This document shows, in pieces, positions 1-10,075 of a DNA stretch of 64,000 bases. Below the pieces are notes generated by a model, which saw only the letters and a program-made list of their open reading frames with translations, ran no database searches and was not told where the DNA came from. The stretch's first letter is position 1; each line of letters opens with the position of its first letter. This DNA comes from a virus (lineage: Duplodnaviria; Heunggongvirae; Uroviricota; Caudoviricetes), in IMG/VR virus record IMGVR_UViG_3300032288_002343, positions 1-64,000 of that record, one strand, 5' to 3'. The position numbers and the translations under genes are program-made.

Positions 1-1459
1 ATTTGTTCGCAGAGCTCATACCCTGAGACTTAGCAAAGCCTAAGTGGTGGCGAGTTCCATCGATATATCCCCAAGTCATAGAAGGTGCACCCTTCATACG
101 AACTTCACGGATGTTGTTAACCAAAGAACCATCAGACATTGGAGATACATCAAACACCATAAATACAGGAGTTGACTTCTTGTTCTGTCCAAATTCTAGG
201 TTAGTTTGAGGAAGGTCTAATTCTTTTAAGTGAATTAACTCAACACGACCAGTCTCACGAGTAACCATTGCATCGAATGCAAAGTTGTAAGTGATGTGTT
301 GTCCTTCTCCTTGCATATAACGATTTCCGCTATCAGCCATGAAAGTAAGACCACTGTTCAAAGCGTCATTCTTCAAAGCTTGTTGGAATACGTCAAAACC
401 TGCTTCGTTAGTGTACATTTTAACACGACGGTCTTTAACATCCACACGACGATAGAACAAGTCACCAAACACTGAACGAATCAAGTTTGCAGTGAATTCT
501 CCACGGTTGTACTGAACGAGGTTACCGTTGTTACGCATACGATGATAAACACCAGCAGATGTACGCTTAAGTTCTTGCTTGCTACCGTTAGTCTTAACAG
601 TACCAGGACGAGACCAAATCATACGCTTAACTTTTAACTCAAGCATAGACTTACGCATCCAGAACTCAATAAATGGCTCCCACTTAACATCGTTACGAGT
701 TAAAGGAAGTTGGTTACGACGCTGAGGTGCATATACAAGGATATCCAAAGGTTGACCCTTGCTATCACGCATCATTTTGTCATCAGCCCACTCAGTGATT
801 TTGTGCTCAAAACCATATGCAGAACCTAAAGATTCAAACATAGTGATTTGCTCACCCAAACGAGGAAGACCTAACAAGTCTTGGTCAAACTCACCAATTG
901 CTGCATCAACTAACTCAAGCTCGATACCTACTTGTAAGAAAGTAGAGCTTACGAAGTCTACAGTTGGATTGTCTGTAACCAAAGTGAAGCTATAAAGGAA
1001 GCCCATGTTCCAAGGAACTGGATCCTTAATAACGTAAAAACGAGGACCATATTGGCGAGAACCAACAGAAACGATAGCGTTCTTAGAGAACTCGTTTGTG
1101 TCAATTACCAATTGGAACTCTTGACCATCGATACCAGGCTTGCTCAACTCTTGAGTTGTAGCTGGAACATCAATGATTTTAGGGAATTTGTAGGGAACAG
1201 CTACTTGCCATTTCCAAGCATCGCTATTATTATCAATGTAATAAGGCGTGCTTTTGTTGATCATGTCTAGAAAGTCGTTGCTGTAAAGAGAGCTCTGCGT
1301 ATAGAGGCTGATGATTTTCTTGTCGTAATCAGCAGGCTCAGTTGAGTGAAAGCTCTCCAGGTGGTTAGCGTCAGTTAGCTTACCTACAGCACGCTTGTCC
1401 ATTGATGCGACACGAGCATACGTGAAGCCAGTTAGACCTGGGATTGTTTGAATTGCCAT
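1..1459 (-). CDS. major capsid protein candidate (5' partial; runs off window start)
   Basis: Complement ATG at 1459-1457 (MAIQTIPGLTGF...). Reverse frame stays open to position 1; the last in-window codons read ...GYIDGTRHHLGFAKSQGMSSANK. At least 486 aa. Lies directly after the acidic scaffold gene in a TerL-portal-scaffold-capsid order. No motif-level proof. Confidence 0.5.
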   Translation of the reverse strand, partial: MAIQTIPGLTGFTYARVASMDKRAVGKLTDANHLESFHSTEPADYDKKIISLYTQSSLYSNDFLDMINKSTPYYIDNNSDAWKWQVAVPYKFPKIIDVPATTQELSKPGIDGQEFQLVIDTNEFSKNAIVSVGSRQYGPRFYVIKDPVPWNMGFLYSFTLVTDNPTVDFVSSTFLQVGIELELVDAAIGEFDQDLLGLPRLGEQITMFESLGSAYGFEHKITEWADDKMMRDSKGQPLDILVYAPQRRNQLPLTRNDVKWEPFIEFWMRKSMLELKVKRMIWSRPGTVKTNGSKQELKRTSAGVYHRMRNNGNLVQYNRGEFTANLIRSVFGDLFYRRVDVKDRRVKMYTNEAGFDVFQQALKNDALNSGLTFMADSGNRYMQGEGQHITYNFAFDAMVTRETGRVELIHLKELDLPQTNLEFGQNKKSTPVFMVFDVSPMSDGSLVNNIREVRMKGAPSMTWGYIDGTRHHLGFAKSQGMSSANK

Positions 1460-1485
1460 TTTGTTATCCTTTTATTTTATGAAAT

Positions 1486-2769
1486 TTAAATGAACCATGA
1501 ATTTTGTTTAGAAGGCTGAGAGCTACTTGCTGTCTTAGTTTTAGTAACCTGTCTAGCTACTTCCTCAAACATTGCGTTTGATTTCTTTGAAACGCCTGTT
1601 CTTTGAATGGTAGATAGAGTGGGATCTTTTTCTAGAATCTTGAGCAGGAGAGCAACCTTCACTTTTGTTGCATGGTTCTCAGGTCTCTTCAATTCCAAGA
1701 TGGTCTTGTCAAAATCAGTGAGTGTTTCACCACCTGCTGTTTTGTACTTATCTACCAGTAGGAAGTCTTGTAGTTCGTTAGCCAACTTGGGATTGATGGG
1801 GATTCCATCAAACTCCTTGGATTTCAGTTTGTCCTGTAGGACACTCTGAACATTCTGGATGTATTGGTTTTTAATTGCTTGCTTCTGTTGGAGTTCTTGC
1901 TCAGCTCTTTGCTCCATTTGAGCTAGCTTCTGGGCTTCCTTCTTAACCAACACTTTGTGGTGTTTTGTCGCAACGCTTTCCAAATCACCATAGTTTTTGA
2001 GTCTTTCAACTTCTGTATTGATGTCTTCAGGCTCAAAACCTTGGTCAGCTAATGCTTGTTTTATCACTGTCACTTGATTATTCTCTTGTGACAGGTCCAT
2101 TTCAGAAAAGCTGACTACATTATTATAAGCTCCAAAGTATTCTTTGGGATTAACGCCTTTTACAAATATAGCATCGAACGCTTGTTGATAGTCTTCACCA
2201 AACTGACCAATGAAGCTCTGTACCATCTCAACAGCTCCTTTCTTCTTTTCATTCTGGAAGCGCTCCAGGAATTCTTCAGGAGTAGAGATACTTACATCTT
2301 CCTCATCCTCATCTTTTGAGAAAACACCAAGTTTAAAAAGATCACGAGAAAGAGCTGTGAATTGACTCACTTGTTCTTCTTCTCCCTCCTCTTGTTCTTC
2401 TTGAGAAGCAACTTCTTCTTGTTTAAGATCAGAAGCTTTTTTCTTAACTGGTTGAGGATCAGCAGGTTTTGCATCATCCTCTTCCGCATCATCGGTATTA
2501 TCACCAAGGAAGCTAGAAATCAAATCCTGTCCAGAAGGTTCTTTACCATCTTCTGTAGGAACTATTTCTTTTCCTTTAGGAACATCGGGTTTGGGGGTAG
2601 GGGCAGGATCTTCTACATTCTTTACAATCTCCTGAATCTGATCAGGATTACTTGTAGAAGTCTCAGGAGATAGCAGATCATTTAATAACTCTGCACCACC
2701 AGGGCCCATCTCCATAGTATTTTCAATACTAAAATTACCGAATGACGGGGTTTCAAGGTTCTCAGCCAT
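1486..2769 (-). CDS. scaffolding protein candidate (acidic, E/Q-rich coiled coil)
   Basis: 427 aa, very acidic (EEDDAKPADPQ..., QEEQEEGEEEQ). Predicted coiled coil. Sits between portal-side genes and the capsid candidate. Confidence 0.5.
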   Translation of the reverse strand: MAENLETPSFGNFSIENTMEMGPGGAELLNDLLSPETSTSNPDQIQEIVKNVEDPAPTPKPDVPKGKEIVPTEDGKEPSGQDLISSFLGDNTDDAEEDDAKPADPQPVKKKASDLKQEEVASQEEQEEGEEEQVSQFTALSRDLFKLGVFSKDEDEEDVSISTPEEFLERFQNEKKKGAVEMVQSFIGQFGEDYQQAFDAIFVKGVNPKEYFGAYNNVVSFSEMDLSQENNQVTVIKQALADQGFEPEDINTEVERLKNYGDLESVATKHHKVLVKKEAQKLAQMEQRAEQELQQKQAIKNQYIQNVQSVLQDKLKSKEFDGIPINPKLANELQDFLLVDKYKTAGGETLTDFDKTILELKRPENHATKVKVALLLKILEKDPTLSTIQRTGVSKKSNAMFEEVARQVTKTKTASSSQPSKQNSWFI

Positions 2770-2891
2770 ATGTAGTTATTTTTTTGATTGGTTTACAAGA
2801 CGTAAAAATAGATAGAGATTGTTGAATAGCAAAGAGTTAGGTGGCTATATTAGAGTTTTTCGTGTATAATATAGCATTAATATAATTTACT

Positions 2892-3422
2892 CTAATCAAG
2901 TTTGTTTATCACTGTGTCATTTATAAGCCTATAACTCCTGATTGGAGCTAGGTCAGTAAGTGTAACTTGTTGAATCTCAACACCCCATTTCTTAGCCTCC
3001 ACTCTAGCTTTCTTCGCAAGGGTGTTATCAATCTCAGGATCTATACACTCATCTAACGTTTTATCCATAATGATGTTCTTAATGATAGACTGGGTCATAT
3101 CAGATAGAGCATCCTGAGCATCATACACTTCTAAAATAAATGTCTGGATATCAGATATTCTGTATTTAATTACTCCCTTCACCACAATATTTTGTTTGTC
3201 TTTTGTATACAAACTTTGAGGAGGAAGGCTAATGGTAGTAACCACTACATGTTGTTCCATTGGTTCATCTATAAAAGGAATGCGCCAATGAAACCCAGGT
3301 TTAGCCACTCTATAGAATTTACCAAACCTAAGAACAACTGCTTCCTCAAAATCTCTAACAATAAAGAAGGGAAGTAGTTGTTCAAACCAGCCTGTGAGTA
3401 GGTCTATGAGCCTATCAAACAT
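2892..3422 (-). CDS. SPFH / band-7 (stomatin-prohibitin-HflK/C-like) domain protein
   Basis: 176 aa with the SPFH signature layout AVVLRFGKFYRVAKPGFHWRIPFIDE...TKDKQNIVVKGVIKYRISD...WGVEIQQVTLTDLAP. No N-terminal TM segment. Confidence 0.6.
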   Translation of the reverse strand: MFDRLIDLLTGWFEQLLPFFIVRDFEEAVVLRFGKFYRVAKPGFHWRIPFIDEPMEQHVVVTTISLPPQSLYTKDKQNIVVKGVIKYRISDIQTFILEVYDAQDALSDMTQSIIKNIIMDKTLDECIDPEIDNTLAKKARVEAKKWGVEIQQVTLTDLAPIRSYRLINDTVINKLD

Positions 3423-6013
3423 TATTTCTTAGCTTTAGGTTGTTTAGCTCTACCTTTTGCGTTTTCTTTAGCTATAGCTAAATCATTAGCTTGATTCTCT
3501 CTAGCCACTTGAAGCTTTTCTCTTTCAACAGCTATCTTCTCAGCAGCTAGTCTGTTTTTACTGTTTATATCAGCCATCTTTGCTTCAAACTCTCGACCAG
3601 CTTTAGATTGTTCTGCAGCTAACTTGCTGATTTCCAATACATCAGGAGTACCACTAGCATCTACATCACTTAATGGTCCCACTTTAGATTCAGCAGCTAT
3701 CAGAGCAATCTCTTTCTTATTAATCCTATCAAGCTCGTTTTGATAGTTTTCATTAGCCATTTCTTGATCTTTCATAGCTTGAGCCTGTTGTAATTGAGCA
3801 GCTGCAATTTCTCTTTGTTGTTCAATCTGTTGCTGTTGCTGTTGCATTTGCTGTTGTTGTATAGCGTCTTGCTTATCACGCAACTCTTTGAACACCTTCT
3901 TCATAGCTCTCATAGACTTAGTGCTATATAGCTCAATCACATCATATAGAGAACCACCATTCTGAATAACAGCTTGAGAAAGCTGACGAAGCTCATTAAA
4001 CATTTGTGTATCCTCAGGACGATTAGTCAAGAACACTTTTAAATCACGGAACTTAAGATCAGATCCATTCACTGTAACAAATGCAGCTTCTCCTTCATTA
4101 GTTATATAAGAGAGTGTAGACTGAGGCTTCTTAGATTCTACATATAATGCAGCATCTACAATTGCTTGATATAATTGACCTAATACATATTCATGAGCCA
4201 CAAATAAAGGTTCTGTTTGAGAATAGGATTGTTGAACTGCTGTATTAACACCTGTAGCAGACTCACTTGCTGATACAGATCCCATACGTTGTCTACTCAT
4301 ACCTATCAATTCCCAACACTCATTCTTCATCTGTTGAGCTAGCGTATAACGAGATTGTATCTCTTGTGTACGTGTAAGGTCAATATCTCTAAACTGGTTG
4401 AAGCTAGATGGGCTCTTCAGATTCTCAGGACTATCATCAATAAAGACAACACCCCTGTTACGTGCTTCCATTTCCCAGATGTCAAGAGCATCTTGGGCAT
4501 CACCATCCTTTGGAACAGGAATATGGCGAATGGATGTTAAATATACTTTACCCACTTCCTTCTCAAGGAGCTTGTAAAGCTGGTTCATACACACATTGTA
4601 TAATACCTGGAAAGGCTTCATTAAATCAACCAGAGATTTAGCCTCTGTATTTTTCACCTCAAATGTTGTACCAATGATAGGACAATAGTTAAGAAGCTTG
4701 AATGGTTTGATATGATAGATATCTGGACCCACCTTTATACCCTGATACCACTGGTTAATCCATCCCCACTCTAAAGATTGTTGTGTAGGAATAGTTCCAG
4801 ACTTATAGTTTTCATCAACTAGAACAGACTGTTCGTTTCCTAATTCATCTAGATAGATGAGCTTGCCAATCTTCTTTTTACTAATCCAATAGGAACGTAC
4901 CACTACATACTTATATCCAAAGGATGATACGTTAGAAGTGAGTCCTAAGAAATCTTTAAGACCATCATTGTTCTCCTTCATTTCACTCTCGATAATCATA
5001 CGGGTCTGAAGGACCAGTGGATCATACGTATCATACATCACTGAGTCAATTCCAGGAATTGCATCAGGATTGCCTAAGTTTGATTCACGGACATTAATTA
5101 GTCCATAGTCTTGGAGAGAACTTCTTAGATGGTCAATTTCTTCTTTTGTAAGATCAGGAATACTTTCAATAATTTCAGAAAGCTCCATCACTTGCACAGT
5201 ACCAGCAGCATAAGCTCCTTGTGCTCTACCTGTAGGATCACTAATCCATTTTCTATCAGGTGTAGTGAGGAACCACGTGTTCTTAGGGTTAGCCACTTCA
5301 ATATTAAATCCAAGCTTAGAGTTATCTTCATATATGTGATAGAACTCCCTTCCAGATATCAACATATCACGGAAGGCATCTTCTGATTTCTCTTTTAAAT
5401 TGAACTCAGCCTTCTGACAAGTGAGAACGTGGTTAGCCCATTTCTCAGCAACAGATGTATAACTATCTAATACATCCTTTACATCATCCATTGTCATCTG
5501 ATTAAGCTCTTCTTCATCTATCTCTTGTCCATTCAAAGCTGCTTGCTGTAAAATTTTCTGTCTAGCCTGAGAGATAACATATTCTTGAAGGATTCCAGTT
5601 TTAAACTCTAGCTCTTCTGCTTTACTATCATCATCAAATGCTTTAACACGAAATGTATCAGGACGTTTAGTTATTTCACCTACTAACTCATTTACTGGTG
5701 TAGTTATGATGGAATACATCTTTACATATGCAGGAAGCTGTAAATCAGCTGTAAGCATATCTGTAAAAGATCTTACTTGTGGCTCCTGATAAAAGTCTTC
5801 CATACGAAGAATACCTTTCATCAGGTCATAGTTTTTGACAAAGGTGTCACGATTCTTTACATACTCAGCATATGCCTTGTTTGCAAAGTAGTCCATGGTG
5901 TTCTTTATCCAACTCTCATCTTGCTTCTCCTTATCAGTCTTAAACTGATCAGGAAATATGTTTAGATAGGCATATCTAATTGTAGCATCCTTGGTATATC
6001 TAATGATAGCCAT
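3422..6013 (-). CDS. portal protein candidate with C-terminal poly-Q coiled coil
   Basis: 863 aa, start-stop coupled to TerL upstream and the SPFH gene downstream. Position between TerL and scaffold. C-terminus has QQQQMQQQQQQIEQQ from CAG/CAA repeats. Confidence 0.5.
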   Translation of the reverse strand: MAIIRYTKDATIRYAYLNIFPDQFKTDKEKQDESWIKNTMDYFANKAYAEYVKNRDTFVKNYDLMKGILRMEDFYQEPQVRSFTDMLTADLQLPAYVKMYSIITTPVNELVGEITKRPDTFRVKAFDDDSKAEELEFKTGILQEYVISQARQKILQQAALNGQEIDEEELNQMTMDDVKDVLDSYTSVAEKWANHVLTCQKAEFNLKEKSEDAFRDMLISGREFYHIYEDNSKLGFNIEVANPKNTWFLTTPDRKWISDPTGRAQGAYAAGTVQVMELSEIIESIPDLTKEEIDHLRSSLQDYGLINVRESNLGNPDAIPGIDSVMYDTYDPLVLQTRMIIESEMKENNDGLKDFLGLTSNVSSFGYKYVVVRSYWISKKKIGKLIYLDELGNEQSVLVDENYKSGTIPTQQSLEWGWINQWYQGIKVGPDIYHIKPFKLLNYCPIIGTTFEVKNTEAKSLVDLMKPFQVLYNVCMNQLYKLLEKEVGKVYLTSIRHIPVPKDGDAQDALDIWEMEARNRGVVFIDDSPENLKSPSSFNQFRDIDLTRTQEIQSRYTLAQQMKNECWELIGMSRQRMGSVSASESATGVNTAVQQSYSQTEPLFVAHEYVLGQLYQAIVDAALYVESKKPQSTLSYITNEGEAAFVTVNGSDLKFRDLKVFLTNRPEDTQMFNELRQLSQAVIQNGGSLYDVIELYSTKSMRAMKKVFKELRDKQDAIQQQQMQQQQQQIEQQREIAAAQLQQAQAMKDQEMANENYQNELDRINKKEIALIAAESKVGPLSDVDASGTPDVLEISKLAAEQSKAGREFEAKMADINSKNRLAAEKIAVEREKLQVARENQANDLAIAKENAKGRAKQPKAKK

Positions 6014-8040
6014 TATGTAAAAAGTTTACTTTTTTTCCTTTTATTAAATAACCCACGAGATTCTGTGAACAATACGTTCTTCTTGTTGGGTTTGAATATC
6101 GCATTCACTCTTGGATCTGCTGATCCTCCCACTTTACCAAGCACAGGGTCCATCTTAAGAGCCTGAGCAATAGCAAGTTCTGCAGCAACAATACGGTCAA
6201 AGTTACCCTGATCGTTATACTGAATTATCTCTTCCAGCAGAACAGGATCAAATATCTTTGACACACCTGTCACCTCTTTTATTATATTACCATCTTCATC
6301 CTTCTCCTGATATACAACACTCTCCATATATTTCTTTAGACAGTTATGTAGATAGTCTCTTATCTTTTCTGCAGAACGGTGTACACCATAATCACGTTTT
6401 ACTGTTGTTCCAGGAACCACTTCCTTAAGCCATTCAGGTTGTTTCTCAAGGTAGTGTGCATCTCCTTTAGCTTTCATATATTCTATGAATGAGATGTCAT
6501 CATTCTCACACAGTGTTCTAGCGTTATAATACTTGATAAGCAGTCTAGCTTGTTCTTCCCAAGTTTCTTTCTTATCAGGTCTTGCACAATACGAAGCTAC
6601 GAACATATCCTGATATTTCTCTCCTGTTATGTCATGCATTCTTTTATAAATGTAAACACTACCAAGAGATGTAGAGTATGCTGCTTGTCCTTGTCTATAT
6701 GGGTCCACTCCTGCTACATACAGTCCATATGGAGGATTCTCAATAGGAAATTCGTATATAATTACAGGAGCATCTTTTAGATCGCTATTTTTAAGAGGGA
6801 AGTTGGTTATTGGCTGTTTGTCTGTGAACTCATGAGATATATTCTCACCATTATGAAACAAGATAACAGGAGTACCTGTACGCCCCTGATTAAGCAGTCT
6901 ACCCTTTTGACGTTTAGCTGCTTCTATATCAAATATGTTTGTATCCTCATTTAAAAAGATATCATCCACTTCTAATGGATAATACATTTTCTCTTTAAGA
7001 TAGGCCACCCTATCTCCTGCCTTCTTAAGGCGATCTAGGTTACTTTCTGTTATTTGTTTAGCTTTCTCCTCATTGCTCACCAACATCTTAATGTTATGAA
7101 GATCGCTTCCTTCAGGCTGTTCCAAAAATTTACCCAGCGTACTTTCTTCCTTAGCTTCCATTCTATATTTATACGAAATAAACAAGCCATGAACACGTTT
7201 GTCATCTTTCTCATTGTTGTAGCTTAGGAAGTTAAAGTTGTCTGCATCAAACATCAAGCTTTTTGCATCCATGAATCGTTTCATATCACCACCAGTACCT
7301 GTAAGAATGGGAGAACAACCCCATCCATATGGTGTGGTGAAACCTGGAACAGCTGCCTGAAAACCTCTGAGGAAATTACCTTTACCAATCTCATCAATAA
7401 TTAGTTTACGTGGTTTAGTACCTGCAATAGCCTCTTCATTGTTTCCCTCATCCAAGTTACGGATAAGTATCTGAGAGAACGGTATACGTTCTCCTGATTT
7501 GGTCTTAATACCTAGGGTGACTTGGTTTTTCCAGTTATCCTCTACTCTCTGCCATCTCCATGCTTCAGGCAAAAAGTTGAGGCCCTTGTCCAGCTTATCT
7601 GTGATCAGCTTTATATCGGGGGCATTCAACCCAGCGATCACATTCTGGGAATTCTCATCAAATGTTGCGCCCCACCCTATGTAAGAAGCCTCTAAAACAG
7701 ACTTGGCAAAACGTCGTATACCTAGTATTACCAAGCCCTTTTTTTCTTGTTGTGCCCTGTCTATCTCACTTGTTACCAACCATTCATTGTCACGCAACAG
7801 GGGATTAGCATATTTCTGGTAGATGCGTCCTCTTTCATCAACAACATCCACCTCTGTGTGCCACATGTTCAGGTGCCAGTAAAGGAATGGGTTGATATAC
7901 ATCCCGTTCATTAAGCACCCGTTCAGACATATTTCTCTATGAAAATCAAAAAACGGCTTATACTCTGCTGACTCACGATCAGGCAGACGCCCCTGGTTAA
8001 TAAACCAGTCTTTGTAGTCTATGCTTACAAGCTCATTCAT
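6013..8040 (-). CDS. terL: terminase large subunit
   Basis: 675 aa. Deviant Walker A LGIRRFAKS, Walker B KLIIDEIGK, C-terminal nuclease-like acidic motif VAGVDPYRQG. Gene position. Confidence 0.7.
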   Translation of the reverse strand: MNELVSIDYKDWFINQGRLPDRESAEYKPFFDFHREICLNGCLMNGMYINPFLYWHLNMWHTEVDVVDERGRIYQKYANPLLRDNEWLVTSEIDRAQQEKKGLVILGIRRFAKSVLEASYIGWGATFDENSQNVIAGLNAPDIKLITDKLDKGLNFLPEAWRWQRVEDNWKNQVTLGIKTKSGERIPFSQILIRNLDEGNNEEAIAGTKPRKLIIDEIGKGNFLRGFQAAVPGFTTPYGWGCSPILTGTGGDMKRFMDAKSLMFDADNFNFLSYNNEKDDKRVHGLFISYKYRMEAKEESTLGKFLEQPEGSDLHNIKMLVSNEEKAKQITESNLDRLKKAGDRVAYLKEKMYYPLEVDDIFLNEDTNIFDIEAAKRQKGRLLNQGRTGTPVILFHNGENISHEFTDKQPITNFPLKNSDLKDAPVIIYEFPIENPPYGLYVAGVDPYRQGQAAYSTSLGSVYIYKRMHDITGEKYQDMFVASYCARPDKKETWEEQARLLIKYYNARTLCENDDISFIEYMKAKGDAHYLEKQPEWLKEVVPGTTVKRDYGVHRSAEKIRDYLHNCLKKYMESVVYQEKDEDGNIIKEVTGVSKIFDPVLLEEIIQYNDQGNFDRIVAAELAIAQALKMDPVLGKVGGSADPRVNAIFKPNKKNVLFTESRGLFNKRKKSKLFT

Positions 8041-8375
8041 TATCTTCTGCTCCTAAGGAAGTCTTCAGCCATGGAGCTTAATTCTCCATTACCTCTAACC
8101 TCCACTTTAGCTTCTTCTTTTTCACGCAGTTTCTCTACCACTTCTAGAAGAGCCAAGTAATTCTTCATAGTCTCTTGGATGAACTTACCCTGTGCCTCAA
8201 TAGAAGCTATCACCATAGGTATCATTCCTCCTTTTGATGTAGGTTTCCATTCTACACGGTCTTTTAACTCATGTAGAGGGTTAGCATCTACATAAGCTTT
8301 CCAGCTTTGAAGTTGTTGTTCAGCCCAATCAAGCTCAGCATTAATGTATGTAGTTTTTTTAATAGTCTTCGCCAT
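8040..8375 (-). CDS. hypothetical protein (position compatible with small terminase subunit)
   Basis: 111 aa ORF immediately upstream of and coupled to TerL. No motif support. Confidence 0.3.
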   Translation of the reverse strand: MAKTIKKTTYINAELDWAEQQLQSWKAYVDANPLHELKDRVEWKPTSKGGMIPMVIASIEAQGKFIQETMKNYLALLEVVEKLREKEEAKVEVRGNGELSSMAEDFLRSRR

Positions 8376-8640
8376 CTTCTTCTTTTAAGATGTTTTCCAG
8401 ATTCATTCCATCCTTTATAATCTGGTCAAGTTCACTCTCATCTGTATGAGGCACATCCATATCAAGCTCAGCCTTATACTTCTCAAGAGCAAACAATATT
8501 TCTCTATCAGTGAGTCCCCACACATCTCCATATCCATCTAGCGCTGTGGCTATGTGTCTACCCATATTATATTCAGGGTAGTTTGTATGTAGCTGTTGGA
8601 AGAGTGCAAGCACTCGATAGTAATCATTGGGTTTTCCCAT
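8359..8640 (-). CDS. hypothetical protein
   Basis: 93 aa ORF, overlaps next gene start by a few codons (operon-like). Confidence 0.35.
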   Translation of the reverse strand: MGKPNDYYRVLALFQQLHTNYPEYNMGRHIATALDGYGDVWGLTDREILFALEKYKAELDMDVPHTDESELDQIIKDGMNLENILKEEDGEDY

Positions 8641-8825
8641 ATCTACAATTTAGGCTATAATTCCAGCCGAACTTGCAGATAGCTTGTTTAGTCCAGGACT
8701 AACTACGTCCTTTATAAGTCTAGCAATCTGTTCGTTGGCTAAAGTTTTAACATCTTCTGAGATGCCTGGTGTAGCCACTAGAGCTCCCAGTTTTTCAATA
8801 ACAATCCATGCTTCTACTACAGGGT

Positions 8826-9065
8826 TCATATTAATTGGTTTAAATCTTCATCAGTCATGTCTTTTGAACTATCCATTCTATCCTCTTCACCATCTTCTTC
8901 AGAATGCATATATTCCTCTTTTATTGCAATGGATATATTATCCTGAATAGTATCAGGAACTCCTATGATGTCAACATAGTCTGCTCCTCTCTCCCATGCA
9001 TCCTGAAGAATTTCTATGAATAGCTTCAGGGGAATTTTTCTAAGTGCCACTTCGTTATTTTCCAT
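8826..9065 (-). CDS. hypothetical acidic protein
   Basis: 79 aa, acidic C-terminus. In-line with the minus-strand operon. Confidence 0.35.
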   Translation of the reverse strand: MENNEVALRKIPLKLFIEILQDAWERGADYVDIIGVPDTIQDNISIAIKEEYMHSEEDGEEDRMDSSKDMTDEDLNQLI

Positions 9066-9348
9066 CTTTCTTAATTTGCTCTTCTTGTTCTTGCGTAACC
9101 ACTGCTAGCCACTTTTTTAAAGGACATGCGCAGGACAAACATTTGGTTTTGGCAGACAGAGTGCACCCACACTTGGCACAATGAGCATCAAGACGGATAG
9201 TTTTATAGTTTTTTATATTAGCAGAATGGTGTTCACATCCCTTACAGATGCGCATCCTTTCTCTACTCGTCTCGTTTATCGCTGTCTTTAGTTTCTCTGG
9301 GGGAAGAAGGTTGTTCCTCCATCCCTCGTAAATCTGTGAGAATATCAT
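9055..9348 (-). CDS. Cys-rich zinc-ribbon protein
   Basis: 97 aa with CKGCEHH...CAKCGC...CLSCAC cysteine clusters. Confidence 0.4.
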   Translation of the reverse strand: MIFSQIYEGWRNNLLPPEKLKTAINETSRERMRICKGCEHHSANIKNYKTIRLDAHCAKCGCTLSAKTKCLSCACPLKKWLAVVTQEQEEQIKKDGK

Positions 9349-9727
9349 GCATCTTTGGTTTTAAATCTCGTATGTTATCTAGAGCTATCTGTACCTTAAG
9401 CTCTAATGATTTTCTCTTTTGCTCCGTCAAATTTTCGTCTTTGAGCATCTTCTCAAAAAGCGCCTTTTGGCTTTGGAATTTGGCCATGTGCTTGGCAGCT
9501 TTCCCTTCATTGAAATAAAACTTTCCAAACCCACTGATTTCCAAACTCTTATGTTTACCCAGTGCTAAATGAGCTTCCTGAAACTGGTGATTCACCACAG
9601 CCTCAATGGTCTTCTCACTCACCATCATTTTTGGAGCTAGCTTTCTAATGATCCAGTCCTTAACAGACATGCTCATTGGCTTATTGTCCGTGAACAAGTC
9701 TGATTTCAAGGGTGACATCATTTTCAA
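9263..9727 (-). CDS. hypothetical protein
   Basis: 154 aa ORF. Overlaps the 3' part of the neighbouring ORF in another frame, so its start is uncertain. Confidence 0.35.
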   Translation of the reverse strand: MKMMSPLKSDLFTDNKPMSMSVKDWIIRKLAPKMMVSEKTIEAVVNHQFQEAHLALGKHKSLEISGFGKFYFNEGKAAKHMAKFQSQKALFEKMLKDENLTEQKRKSLELKVQIALDNIRDLKPKMHDILTDLRGMEEQPSSPRETKDSDKRDE

Positions 9728-10028
9728 AGTTTAATAATATTTTAGGATTCACCTTCACCTTTCCTCCATCCTTCACCAGCACCCCCATCTTCTTCAGCCT
9801 AGAGATGATGTTATTTATAGAGGCATTGGTGGTGCCATACTTCTCACAAAACTCCTGCCTAATGTTAGCATAGGATATATTCCCTCTAACAGCTGCAAAA
9901 GCCATAAGCTGTATTTCCCTCTGTGTCAACCCAAGATCATTCACTGCTGATAGGATGATATAATACCTCTCTGCTAGCAGATAGTCACTATCTTCCTTTT
10001 TCCTCAGCTTTTGTAATATGACCTTCAT
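9681..10028 (-). CDS. winged-helix (MarR-like) transcriptional regulator; first gene of the minus-strand structural block
   Basis: The ORF track gives a TTG start at 10046. The first ATG is at 10028 (MKVILQKL...). Helix-turn-helix-like segment LTQREIQLMAFAAVRGNISYANIRQEF...IISRLKKMGVL. A canonical promoter lies immediately upstream. Confidence 0.5.
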   Translation of the reverse strand: MKVILQKLRKKEDSDYLLAERYYIILSAVNDLGLTQREIQLMAFAAVRGNISYANIRQEFCEKYGTTNASINNIISRLKKMGVLVKDGGKVKVNPKILLNFENDVTLEIRLVHGQ

Positions 10029-10043
10029 AATAAATAGTTGATA

Positions 10044-10075
10044 CAAAGATAGGAATAGTTTCTAACACCGTCAAA
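10044..10075 (-). promoter_or_regulatory. Bacteroidota-type sigma-A promoter (TTTG-N20-TATCTTTG) driving the minus-strand head/packaging block
   Basis: Reverse complement reads tatTTGacggtgttagaaactattccTATCTTTGtatcaactatttattATG. The -33 TTTG and -7 TAnnTTTG elements are spaced 20 nt apart. Confidence 0.5.

Noticed and set aside
759-1270. Plus-strand ORFs 759..995 and 1052..1270
   Set aside because: They lie entirely inside the long minus-strand capsid-candidate reading frame, have a low-complexity composition, and fit no operon context. They are shadow ORFs.
3780-3880. CAG/CAA-rich repetitive DNA
   Set aside because: This is the coding sequence of a poly-Gln coiled-coil segment of the portal candidate, not a non-coding repeat or mobile element.
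8684-8950. Plus-strand 88-aa ORF
   Set aside because: It is antisense to well-packed minus-strand genes, including an unlisted 59-aa minus ORF at about 8650-8829, and is Ser/Leu-rich shadow-like.
9681-10046. TTG start at 10046 for the wHTH regulator
   Set aside because: An in-frame ATG at 10028 sits at the proper distance downstream of a canonical -7 box, so the shorter form is preferred.
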